NCBI GenBank assembly: GCA_002104945.1
Contig: MCFH01000078.1
Coordinates: 124,001-188,000, forward strand
Direction: 5' to 3'
DNA length: 64,000 bases
DNA from: Piromyces finnis finn
Lineage: Eukaryota; Fungi; Neocallimastigomycota
Shown: one piece after another, positions 40,153-54,400 of the stretch
How positions within the stretch are numbered: the first letter of the stretch is position 1
How the letters are laid out: the number at the start of each line of letters is the position of its first letter
Notes under the pieces: model-generated
The model's input: the letters and a program-made list of their open reading frames with translations, nothing else
Database searches by the model: none
Told to the model about the DNA's origin: nothing
Translations under genes and position numbers: made by a program

Positions 40153-40949
40153 ATTTAATAAATTATTTTTTATTGTAATTTAAAAAAAAAGAAAAGTTAG
40201 GTTCTTTTTTTTCCTACCCTCTCATTAATAATATCTAATATTCACGATAAAACAAACAAAATCAGTACAATATAACGAAAAAAAAAAAAAAAAAACAAAT
40301 TAAAATGTAAATTTAATTAAAAATATATATATCATACATTAATTTTTTTTTATAATCAGCGTATATAATTTCTATTTCTATCCGATAATTTATATCTTTT
40401 TTTATAAATTTAGTATAATAAAATAACCATTACAGAATTATTTATTTATAAAATAAAAATAAAAAAGAAAAAAAAATATAAAATATTTAAAAAAAAAAAA
40501 GATGAAAAACAACAATTAATTTAATTGATAATATTTAAAAAAGGAAATAAATATGTAAAAAAATGTTACACATTTATTATATAACCTTTTTTTATATTAT
40601 TACATAGTTTATTATTAAATAAAAATGCTCTTTTTTTTATTTTATTTATCATACCTATTAGTTTTTTTAATAAAAAAAAAAAAAAAATAAAAGATAAAAA
40701 ATATATCCTAAAATAGAATAAAATAATAATAATAAAAAAAAAAAAAAAAAAAAAGAAAAAAGTGTGTTTTAAGAGACCCAAATATATAGATACTTTGTGT
40801 GTGAATATTTTAACCAATTATAATAATAATTTTCGAAATACTTTTATATAATAAGTAATAATTATAAACTTTGTAGTAATAATGAGATTTTAGTTTTAAT
40901 GGAAGTAATCTTTTTAAAGAAATAACAAACTAATTAAGGAGTACCTTTA

Positions 40950-41742
40950 GATATATATTATATATAAAAAGAATAATAATAGTAACAAGTGGAAAAACTC
41001 AAATTGTATTATTTCATACTTTGTCAATTACATTCCTAAATTTAGAAAATATACATGGTGCAAATCAAGTATATTTTCTAAATTTTTGATTAATACACTA
41101 ATTAATCAAAAATTACCAAACTCATTTTTCCATTTTAAAATCTTTATTTTAATAAATAATTTAAATAAAAATTATTATCAATAGGCCTTTTAATAAAAAG
41201 TTAAATAAGCGTGGAGATGTTAAAGCAATTAAAAACTTTTATTGGGAATATCTCAAAGGAAATTCAATCAAAGCGCAATATTATGATGATAATAAATTTA
41301 TTGAAACTAAAGATTTTATTAAATTATGTTAATTCCATAATCCAGCTATTAAATTTTTTCAGTCAATGTAATTCCAACAGTCCTATCAATAATAATGTAC
41401 ATTCCAAATTAGAACTTAATAAGTGGTGACTTAGGCTATGCCAAAAACACATAATATTCCTTAATCAATTTAAGTGTAAATATTAGGGGGCGGTTGACAC
41501 GTGATCAAATTGACTATAAGAGGCTTAGCATTGTAGTTGTGAAATATCGTACAACGACATGCATCTAATGTACATGGATTAAGTGAGCGTCGAAGCTGAA
41601 GAAACAGTATGACAGACCAGGAGGGTCACAACCACCTAGCAATAGGAATGAGCCAACGTTTCTCTAAGAACCACCATTGGAGCTAACTCTGATCGATGGG
41701 AGAAATGCACTCGGAAGTTAAAAAAAAAAAAAAAAAAAAAAA
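40950..41742 (+). mobile_element. Degenerate non-LTR-retroelement-like 3' fragment ending in a poly(A) run
   Basis: GC-richer stretch with stop-interrupted protein-like frames (NFYWEYLKGNSIKAQYYDDNKFIETKDFIKLC*), the shared repeat core at 41585-41633 and an A-run at about 41719-41742. The class assignment is inference only. Confidence 0.4.
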
Positions 41743-41743
41743 T

Positions 41744-42590
<847 letters not shown>

Positions 42591-42609
42591 TAGTAATAGT
42601 TCTAATAAT

Positions 42610-42990
42610 CCGGTGAATATTAATGTGAATGATTATCCTAGTGTGTGTAATAAAATATTTAAATTCCTTCTTGGGGGAAAAAGTTTTAACAATATCAATT
42701 TCAATTCAATGGAATGGAAAGAACTTTGCAAGTGTCAGATTCAATCTGGTACTAACGAAGGAACACCATTCTTGACGGTAACCGCGGAACTTCTAACCAA
42801 AATCATGCCTTTTGTTATTGGCCAGCAATGACCAATGTTCAAGAGGTTTGAAGCAACATCCAAGAGCGTCAATGCTGAAGAAACAGTAAGACAGGCCAGG
42901 AGGGCCAGCGCAACCAATGGAGATCATAATTTTGTCCCATGGCAAATTTTTGATCTTTGACTAGGTGTTCCATTGGAAGTCAAATACAAT
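42610..42990 (+). mobile_element. Best-preserved copy of the decayed repeat family (retroelement-like ORF C-terminus, one in-frame stop)
   Basis: Reads ...FLLGGKSFNNINFNSMEWKELCKCQIQSGTNEGTPFLTVTAELLTKIMPFVIGQQ*PMFKRFEATSKSVNAEETVRQARRASATN. DNA similarity to 41585-41633, 43261-43320, 44184-44290 and 3905-3995 (minus strand). Confidence 0.5.
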
Positions 42991-43260
42991 TTAGTATATT
43001 AGTGGCTTTCTTACTTTGATTAAAATTATTAGAATACATTATACCCAATTTTTATTCATTTGTGTTTGTGTTTATTTAAACTTTTTTTTTTTTTTTTTTT
43101 TTTAATTTTTATTATTTTATTTTTATTTTTACTTATAATTTTACTTAAATTAATAAAGTTTAAAAATATTTGTTGCCTTAATAGAAAAGTATATCAGGTA
43201 ATTATTTAAAATCATTGAAAAAAATATATATATTATATTATTTATGCCAATAATTGAATA

Positions 43261-43320
43261 ATGTCTAGGTTTAAAACAACCACTAAGAATATTAATACTA
43301 TTAATATTAAGACAGGTCAG
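43261..43320 (+). mobile_element. Highly decayed copy of the same repeat family
   Basis: aggtttaaaacaaccactaagaatattaatact...taagacaggtcag versus aggtttgaagcaacatccaagagcgtcaatgct...taagacaggccag in the 42.8-kb copy. Confidence 0.45.
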
Positions 43321-44183
43321 TAAAATTTGGCACTATTAATATAAAGTATAATTTTGCTTTTTTGAAATTATAATATGAAAAAAGCTAATTATTTTTTTTT
43401 TAATTTTGATATTATGATATTGTGAATATCTACTTTGTCATTATAATAGTTTTCCTAGTTAGGCCATCTTTATCACTATAGTTAAACAGATGTTTCTAAT
43501 TGATTATTTATTACTTTTTTTTTCCTTAGTTATACCATCTTTATTGTTAAATCTAAACCGATCTCTTTATTTATTATTATTTTTTAATTAATTATTTTTA
43601 TTTTTTTTACCATGATTTTTACTTCTTATGAATTTTTTTTTGTTTCTATTTCTATTTTCTTATTTTTTTTAATTCTTTTTGTAATCAAAGTAATCAAAAC
43701 TGATATATATATATTTTGTTAAATTATTCACAAAAAGTGATTTAAATTTATAAAGTTTAAAAATACATTGTCTATTTTTAATTATTTTATATCATTACTT
43801 TCTAAATGGCTTTTATTTAAAGTTATAAAAATTAGAATAGTTTAAATTCTTTTTTTAATAAAATGAATTATTTATCATAATAATTATATATTACTTTTTT
43901 TTTATATTTATATAATATATAGTAATAATAATAACAGAAACACAATAATAATAGCAGTTATTGTTCCAATTAATATTTTTTTTTGCATCAATAATTTAGT
44001 TAATATTAAAATATCCATTTATTCTAATGTATCCAAAACATATTTATTTGAGTGTAAAATATAAGAAATAAAAATACATGAGAATAAAAATGAAATAAAC
44101 TTTATAAGACATCAAATTAAAATAAGAACTTGTTTAGTAGCACTATTCGCTATTATTAAAAAGTCCCTTGAAACCCTTTTTAT

Positions 44184-44290
44184 CAAAATCATGCCTTATG
44201 TTATTGGTTAGGAATGAAAAGTATCGATATTGAAGAAAAATGTAGAAGACTAGCAAGGATGGTGCAACTAAGATTAATTATGATTTTAAT
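44184..44290 (+). mobile_element. Decayed copy of the same repeat family
   Basis: caaaatcatgccttatgttattggttaggaatga matches 42798-42831 (caaaatcatgccttttgttattggccagcaatga) with 4 mismatches in 34 nt, and similarity continues downstream. Confidence 0.55.
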
Positions 44291-44589
44291 TTTACCTTTT
44301 AAGCTATCCAAAAAGTCAATTATAATTGTTATTTTATTTCATGTGTAATAGTGTCCTTTTTTTTATTTCATTTTTTGATTAGAATTATTATAATAAATTA
44401 TACATATTTTTTTTATCCACATATATTCTATTAATAAAGTTTCAGTTTTTTTTGTAGTTGTTAAAGAGTAAAGTGGAAAATAGTTTATGTATACATTTAA
44501 AAATTTAAAGTAATTGTAAATAGAAATTATATATATATTTCAATAATATTATTCATTTAATTTGGCTTTACGACATATTAATATAGATG

Positions 44590-45989
44590 TTTCACATATC
44601 TATTCTGTAATAGTCGTAGCACCACTATCAGGACAGGAATTTGTAAGAACCTCATTTGTAGAACCATCACTATATACATTATAAACATAATTATTACGAT
44701 TAAATTTAAATGGTAGCATTTAAAACTACTGAGTTTTCATCAACTTTAACCATTACAATGGAGTTATCACTAGTAGTGCCGTAGAAATAATTGTTAGCCC
44801 CAACATTTAAAAGATAAACCTTGGCTGGAGATTGAAGTACAGGAATATACATCATCATTATTATTTATAGAATAAACATTTTTTCTACTTTAGAACATTC
44901 AATTTCATCGGATATTGATGATTTACAATAGAATAATAACCTTTTATACCTTTATCTCCAATATTACTTTGAGTGAGATGGTTTTTATTAACAAGGTAGT
45001 AGTTTTTGTTATCTCAACTCAAACCTGATTCTACACGACATCCTTTATTTTCTATTATTTTAATTAAATGTAAATTTGATAAGATTAAAATAAGATAATA
45101 AAATAAAAATGGTTAATCCATATAAATTTTTAAATATAAAATACACTATAATTATTATTCTTTGTTTTTTTTTTTTTTTTTTAAAAAAAATTCTATTTAA
45201 ATAGGGTTAAATATTTAATCTCTATTACTTATACTATAAGATTCCAGAATCAAAACCAAAAGTACCTCTATTATAACCATTAGTACTTTTCTTTAATGAT
45301 ATATTTTTATTATTTTCTTTTATACTCTGAATTTTTGTATATTTTGGCATGTTCATATATTACTATATAAAGTCGTCATATATACAATATTTTCCTAAAT
45401 CAAGAGCAATGAATTCTGAAATATTACAAGAATTATTTATTTGTACAAGAAGTCGTAATCTCTGTAGAAATACAAGTTGCACTAAAAACAATATAGTTAT
45501 CAGAGTTTATAAAAACATAATTTATTGTTGTTGCTAAACTATTAATTTCAATAGAACTTGAATCAACACTTTCTCTATACAATTTATAATCCTTTGTAAA
45601 ATCACCATATTTAGTACAAGATGGTTCTGATGTAATGAATGCGTTTATTTTTACCTTTTCCAATTAAATAAGTTTCATTATTTAAAATTTTAATATAACC
45701 ATAAGTTTGTTTATATTGATTTTCGACACAATTTCTTAATGCATATTTTATTATATCTGATACATTTTGATCTGATACATTCATAGTTTGAGCTATAGCA
45801 TTTCTATTGAATTTAGTTAAATTAATTCTATTTGGTAATACAATGTTTTAGTAGTTATAAATAATTTTGTATTTTCGTTCAAGGCAATAATCTTATTACC
45901 CTTTATACAATAACCATTAGCAATTTGACTAACATTATAAGAAGATAAACCGATATTAACATTACCAATAGTACATTCATTAATTATTA
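44590..45989 (-). pseudogene. Pseudogenised scaffoldin-repeat exons (a B-type exon copy at about 45989-45380 plus a degenerate Cys-repeat exon at about 45050-44590)
   Basis: 45989 onward translates VIINEC...QIANGYCIKGNKIIAL..., homologous to exon 61344-60781 (VTIDQC...QIANNYCIKDNKIIAL), but with at least two frameshifts and two Cys-to-Tyr changes (QYKQTYGY, YKLYRE). The lower segment has stops and frameshifts and a VYLLNVGANNYF...MVKVDENSVVL repeat-like sequence. Confidence 0.75.
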
Positions 45990-47402
45990 CTTTAAATAAA
46001 AATATATAAATAATAATAAAAGATTATTAATATTATTTTATATATATGTAAATAAATTAAAATACAAATAAAAAATTAAATAGTTTATCATAATAAATAC
46101 CATTATTTAAAATAAAAAAGTAGAAATATTTTCAATCAATTTTTTATCCTTTAATTCTTTTGAATTTAGAGATTATTGCACTTCATCATATCTTTTAATT
46201 CAAGTTTTTTTTATCTTCAGTCCAATATTTAATTGGAATATTACTTAAAAAAAAAAAAGATAAATTTACTTTAATATATTTATATAAATGAAACTAAATA
46301 TATATATTTAATATAAAATTAAAATATATTAAATATATATATTTAGTTTCGTTTATTAAAAATACTAAGTAAATAATATAAAAGATATTTAAAAATATAT
46401 AATTTTTAGTATTATTGGTATAGTTTATTGTCCATAACTAAATAAGAAAAAGTAATAATTCAATTGGACATTTATATAAAAATCATGAATTAGTTGAAAA
46501 TAAAAGATCAAATTACCTATATTTCAATACATTTCTTATTGTTAAAATAGTATTATAATAACTAATATGTTTTTATATAATATTTTATTTTTTTTCAATA
46601 AAATAGATAAAAAAAAAATACTAATTAATGTCAAAAGGATAATGATTAAACAAATTAATTAAAATAATTTTTCAATCGATTTTTTTTATCAAGTCTTTAA
46701 ATAAAATGTTTCCTTTTTAAAACTTTTTTATAATTAAAATAATTAGTTAAATTAAACTACCATTTTAAGATTAATAAACTTATATATAATTAATAGTGTT
46801 TAACTTTTTTTCTCTTCATTCATTTATTTTTTCAAGTTACAATAAACAATATAAATAATTAATAACATTTAATTTTATAATCACTTTAAATATTAATAAT
46901 AATTTTTTTTTTAAGAAAGATACAAATTATAAACATATATATATGTATTTTTTTTTTAAAAAAAATAAAATTTTATTATTTCTCTTTCTCTTTTTCTCTA
47001 AACAAAGTTTTATATTTATAAATTAGTGAAAATCCTAATTTAGTCACTTTTAACTTCACTTTATTCTTATAAATTACATATACACAATGATTTAATTAAA
47101 TATCAATTTAATTTTTTTTATTAAAAACTTTAAAAAAAAAAGATGGTAAATAAAAAATAAATTAAAAATTTTATGGAACATCCTAAAAAACAGGATATTT
47201 TTTTTTTTTTAAAAATTTGGAAGTAGTTTAATTAAAAAAAAAAAATAAAAAAATGGAATTATTAATAATTATGCGAAAAAGGCTATACCATGGTTTATTA
47301 AAGGAAAAGAAATAACTAAAATAATTGGAAATATGATTATAATTTACAAAATATTTAATGATATATGAATATATATTTTATTCATGTGTAATAATTATAT
47401 AT

Positions 47403-47437
<35 letters not shown>

Positions 47438-48427
47438 AGAATATATTTTTATTAATAAGTTATTCATTTATAAAATAAGACTGTAATTCATTTTCTTTCT
47501 TCTTTCTACCTATATAGAATTTATTTAATTAAAAGTGAAATGGATAAAAAACTCTCTCCATTTTTTTTTAATTTTTTTTAATAAAACATCCTAAATTGTT
47601 AATTTTAAACAAAAAAAATTAAAGTTTTTAAACTAATCTGAGATTAATTAAAAGATTTTATTATTTTATTTTTTAATTTATTTCTTTTAATCTTTTTGGT
47701 ACCCAATCAAGGAAAAAAAAAGTTACTAAGAAAGCTTTTAGGTAAAGAAAAAAAGTTTTACTATATAATATAATCTTATAATTTTATTTATAATAAATAT
47801 AATGATTTAATATTTTAGTATAATTATAATATTATATATTAATATATATATATATTTTGAGTTATTCTGAATAAATTTTTATAATATTTAAATGTTCATT
47901 CTATTTCTTAAAAGTTCTAATTTTTCATTATGATATAATAAAGTAGATTATTAACAAACATAATCGCAATAGATTTGCTAATTTTTATAACATATTAATG
48001 TATAAATAAATGAAATCATATCTATTTAAAATAAAATATTTTGCATTATAAGAATAAAATAAAAAAAAAAACAGTAATAATAATTATAGTAATATATTAA
48101 GAATATGTATAATGTGTAATTGTATATAATATATTTATATTTTTTTATTATTTTTTTAATACGTGTTATTTAAAATTTTTTGTTATTTTATATATTTGTT
48201 TATTAAATGATTATTAAATTGGTTATATATATAATGAAAAAAATTTTTAATGGATATTAAATAGTAAAGCAATAAAATAGAAAAAGGTTGTATAATTAAA
48301 CAAGGATAAGAGAAATAATAAAAAACAATTAATAATTTTTTTAATATTAAATAATTATAAATTTATTAAATACTAAATCTTAAAGTAATATAAATATATT
48401 TATTTTCCCATTATTATTCTGTATTTA

Positions 48428-51400
48428 TTAAACCAATATAAAGAAAAGGAATATTATATTTAATGTAAAAAGTGTAGTAGTGAGGAGGGATGGATAAAGA
48501 TAATGGAAAGAGGCAGCACTAATATTACATTTCTCCGGATTTTCTTCGCTCTCTTCACATTCAGCATAACCCATTTTTTCAATTGAACAAATTTTTAAAT
48601 CTTTAGTTTCATGATCTAACTGAACGAAATTGTTAATACAAACTAAATTAAAATCGGCTTTCTTTTCCTCGGCATTATAGGTACAATTTGTATAAACGCC
48701 AACTACTGAATCAAGGAAATGACGGCGTTGAAGAACAGCAGTTGAATTGTTATTATTAATAATGGCAGAAAGTGCACTTTGAATTTCTTCAGGATATTCT
48801 TTTGTTAAAGCTACTGGGAAGTTTACAACAACCTTCTTGTTGAAATAACAATGACGAGCCATAACGTGAGTAAGTCGACCGTTAGATTCACAGTAGTAAT
48901 ATTGATTTTCAATGAAATAATATTGACCATGGGCACAATAATAACGACTACATTCTGTAGGTTCTAATTCTTCTGAATCATATATACAATTATATATTTC
49001 TCCAGTTTGGGTTAAGATATATTCTGAATTCGTTATTAATTTACATTCTTCACCTGTCATTTCTTTTTTCTTTTGGCAATGATACATTTCTTCATCTATG
49101 GTATAGTAATATCCAAGAGCTGCTTTTTTTCCCAAGGTAAAGGTGATAATATTATCAGAACTCTTTTCAATTTTATAAATATATTTGGCGTCAGGAGAGG
49201 TAGATATTAAAGCATACCCCGAATTTTCAGGAATCTTCCACTCATTATTATTATAACGAAGTAAAAGTTTGGCTTCTTCATCATAATAATAGCTATCATT
49301 CTCAGGTTCATACACCTTACAAATTGATTTTTCACAACCGTATATTAAAATATTGTCTATTTTCTTTCTGAAATATTGAATAGTACTATTTGTATAACGA
49401 CTTATTAAGTGATATCCGGTAGTTTCAATTCTTTCGGCCTTATTAATACTCATAGAGTATAAATATTTACCATATCCATAAATATTTTTTGTGATGCTTG
49501 TTGCCTTAAAACATTCTCCGGTTTCATGATTTTTGATATCTTTACGAACCACTGCTAATTCCCCCTTATATGTAATACAGAATTCGCGATCATTCATATC
49601 GGCATTTGGTGTACATTTATTATTTTTAAAAATACAAATGATGTCCTTATCGTATGCAAATTTATAACCATTATAATCTGTATTGTAGACAAATATACGT
49701 TTATTGGCATCAGTAAAATAAGTTTGAGTAGTGGGTGTATCCAAAATATGACAACTACTACCATTACAACTGTATAATTTTACATTTTCATCATTATAAG
49801 AAGTAATCTCTTTATCCTTTACAATAATATTCTTTTTGGTGTTAATAAAGTAGTTACCAGCTTCAACAAATTGGAGAACACTACCTTTATCCAAGAGATA
49901 TATATTAGATCCCACTGCGAAATAATTATCGGAATAATCATCTGTTACTTCCACACAATTAGTGATTGTCGTGGTACTTTTGTAGGTGGCAATTTTACTA
50001 TCAATAACATTAGGTTTCACTACCACGTTATCAGTGGCGAAATAGAAAACAGAACGTGTTTCATCGGTGCAAATATTACCAGCTTCTAAATTGGTAGTTG
50101 CTGATTTTTTAATAGCATATGCTTGAGTGATATAACATTTTCTATTATCATATTCGCATATTGGAATAGCATCAATTTCAGCAGTGGTAAGAGCATTACA
50201 TTTACCTAAAACACAACGAATAATACCATAAGATTCATTACTATCTCTGGATGAAATTTTAATTTTTTCATTATGTGGTGTTTGTAATTCTTCATTTTTT
50301 TGGAATTCATTATTATTATCAGTAATATTATCTATTGATAATTCTTTATTGACATGACTAGAATTACTTTTTAGATTGTAGAACTCTTTTTCTACTTCAT
50401 TTTCACGCTTTTTGTTTGAATCTGATATGTTTCGGAGAGCACTTCGGAAAATACCATTGGTAATACTAATGTATTTACATTTACCATTATCTTTACAACT
50501 AATTAAAACACTTGGATTGTTGGAAATATAGAAACCAGTATTTGATTCTTCTATATCGCAATTTATTGTATTACCATTTTCTGTACAATTAATTAAACCA
50601 TTTGAATTTTCACTAGAATCAGCATTATTATAATAATTAACTGAAGGAATAATCTCTACACATAAACTACTGGATGTACATTGAATTAAGCGTTCCTTAT
50701 TATATGTTAAATAATATCCTACCTTTCCTTTTACTTCTTTACATCCTTTTTGTTTGGAACATTCAATAAGTGGATAAAAGTCCCTATTTTCACCAGCATT
50801 TACATATATGATCTTTTTTTGTGAACTAATTTCAGTAAAACTACAACTGTTTTGACCATTGCAATAAATTATTCCTGCACCATCATGAGCTAAATAGAAA
50901 CCTGTCGTCACTGTTTTTGTAGCACAAACATTATTGGAGCATTGTATTAAACTGTTCTTGTCTGAATCATAACCATTATTTTCATAGTATGAAGTTACTT
51001 TAGATTGTTCAACTCTACATTTTGTACCTTTATTTTCACATTTTATTAAGGAGGCATGCTTCGATCTACCAGCTAAATTACTGGTTATGACATATCCAGT
51101 AACATCAGCTTGTGAAAGGTGCTTATTCTCGTTACAGAAAAGTGCCTCTTTATTTTCAGAATTATATAAGTAGGTATAAGGAGTACATTCTGGTCGTATT
51201 ATACATTCCATGTTAGTAGAATCACAATCGTATACTGTTGCATTCTCTTCATTTTTATCTGTTTCTTTCACTAATTTCCCATTTTTATCAATAACCACAA
51301 CACCACTTTGATAGAAACGATTAATGGTATATTGTGTAATTTTAAATAGAATTAACATATCCTTTGTAATTCCTGGGAAGTTACCGGCTAGAATGAATGA

Positions 51401-54400
51401 ATAGGTATAGTAATTCTCTGTATTAGTAGTATATATTGCTGTAGAATTCTTTTGAGGATAGAATAATAATTTATTTTCTTTGTAACAGTAATTACCACCA
51501 ACAGCGTCCTCATCCTTCTTTGGACAATTGCCTTTTTCTGCAATACATATGCCATTGACAGTACCACACTTTATCACAGGATTTTCTGGATCACCAGCAT
51601 TAACATAGTAACCAATATCAACTTTGCGAGTTTCACATCCAGTTTCTTCATTACAAATAATAGTTTGGTTGATTGCTTGATTGTAACCAGAGTTAAGATA
51701 ATAACCTTGGGAGGTGAAATCTCGTTTTAATAAGCATGCTGAAGTATTACATACAATTAAGCCATATAGTTCATCTTCATTCTTACCCAAATAATATGTT
51801 GGTCCCTTAGAAGGAGTTATTTTTTCACAAAAATGATTTGAACAGGATATAACAGCATTTACAAGACTATCAGTTTTTTCAGCATTTACGTAATATTCGA
51901 CAACTGTAGATGGCAGGTCAATACGAATAATTTTGCAACCGTCAATGTTAGTACATTGAATTAATTGATGGTTATCTTTTGCATAATTGGAATTAAGATA
52001 ATATCCAATCACATTTCTATATAATTCTGTACAAGTGATTGCTGTGGTAGTTTCATTTTCCTTACTAGAACATTCAATTATACTATTTTTATTTAAATCG
52101 CCGGCGTTTATATAGTATTCATTACTATTCAAAGTAGGTGATGAAATAGAAACTTGACAACCATTATTTTTACTACATTTAATTAATGGATAATCCTTTT
52201 TATTACTACCATAATTTACATAAACATCCTTAGCTTGAGCATTTTGTATATTACAGGTTACTGTATTAGATGAGTAGGAACATTGAATTAAAGTATCATT
52301 TAAATGATTAGGAAGATAGTTACCAGAATTAACAAAAAACTGTGATAACTTTGAGTCAGTCACGGTGATAGTGGAAAGAATGCAACCCTTTTCTTTATCA
52401 CAAATAATTAATGGAAGTGGCGTGTTATTTTCTAGATCAACAGAACTGTTCAGGTAAACATCACCATCGTGACCATTAATAATATCACAAATTATTTTTG
52501 CTTGTACACTTTTACAACGAATAAGGTTATTTACCAATGGATCATCCTTATTATTTATGGAATCATAGTTAACAAAATATGCAAAACCTTTAATATCTTT
52601 ACTTAATGATAAAATTTCACAAGGTTTACCCTCACGGCATTGAATTAAATCACCTATATCAGAAGAATTAATATAGATACCATTATCTTGCCCATCACCA
52701 AGTTCACATTTTATCATTTTTCCATTATTACTACATATAATTAAATCCTTAATATGTTCAATTTCATGTGGATTTTTAGTAAGATCACTAGCATTTAAAT
52801 AAATTTCATTTCTGGTGGTTAATGCAAAACTATTTCTAGCTTTACATCCATTTTGTTCGGTACAATAAATGATTTGAGAATTATTGAAAGCATTAATATA
52901 AACATCATTATTAACGGTTGGATATATTTCACATTTATCACTACATTGAATAATAGTATCTTTAAGAAGAACAGACTCGGTATGCCCAGCATTAACATAA
53001 TAAATATAATTATTAATATCTGATGTCACTGATACTTCCTTACAGCTCTCTCCTTTTTGACACAAAATAATGGGTTTATTATTTTTTGTAGCTTCGTAGG
53101 CTGCGTTCAAGTAAACATCGTCGTTTTGTGCAGATTCTACTTTACAATCAATAATAGAATTGTTATTGGTACATTTAATTAAATCGTCTTTTAATATTTT
53201 ATCATTGGTTTCATCACTATTAACAAAGTATTGTGGTTTACTAATAATGGCTGTACTAATAGTTAATTCACAAATACCATTTAAACATCTAATTAAATGG
53301 TTTTGAGTATCAGCAGTGGATAAATAATTAGCATTTAGATAGATATGACAACCTGTTTTAAATTCATTTTTTATAATTACGCATTGATTAGCTTTAGAAC
53401 ATTTGATGAGACTCATATTAGTAGTGTCACCACCATTGATATAATACTCAGAAAAAGTATCAGTTGGATTTGTAGCAGCAGCAAGACAACCTTCTTGTTT
53501 TGTACATCTAATAATTTGAGTAGCATTTGCAGCATTTAAATAAATTTGTTTATCAGAAGCTTTAGTCGTGTCTTGAGATGTTGTACAAATTGCAGTTTTG
53601 TTCGATTTGATTTCGCATTGTATTAAAGAATCAGCAAGTTTTTCTGTTTTTCCACCATTAATATAATATTCATTTTTACCTTCAATACTATTATTATTTG
53701 AATATGCATGACAGCCATTATCTTTTGAACAACGAATAAGATAATTTATTTTATCGTAATTTATTGTATCGTAGTTTTTATTTAAAAAGAAGGTTTCATG
53801 AACTTTGATTCCATCAATTATATTGGAAATATCTTTTGTAACACATGAAACAGTTGAAGGATTTGAGCACTCAATTAAAGTATTTACAAGAGATTTAGAG
53901 TCATAAGCACCAGCATTAACATAATATTCAAAAGAATTAGATGAAACTGTATTCGCAGTTGAAAGACATTTTCCTTCAGCACATATAATTAATTGGTTAT
54001 TGTCAGTGCTTTTCTCATTAGTAGTAGTTTTCAAATTGGCATTCAAATAGACATCATTAGCATGTCCATCAACTTCTTTGCATGTTTCTTCACACTTGAT
54101 TAAGAGTTTAATATATGTATTAGTATTATCTGACTTTAGACTTATGGTATCTCTTTCATTGTTGGTGGATGTATTTGCTGTTTCCGCATTAATATAGAAA
54201 ATTGGATTATGACTACTACCAATACCACCATAGGAAGTACATTTTGTATCATAACAATGAATCAATGCTTTATTGTAACTATTAATATATATATTATTAA
54301 CAGCAGCTGTAGTAACAAATTCAACATTAGCTCTTAAGGTAACAGAATTCTTTTCCTTTCCAGATTGAGGTGAAGAGACAGAATCAGTGAATGAAACTTT

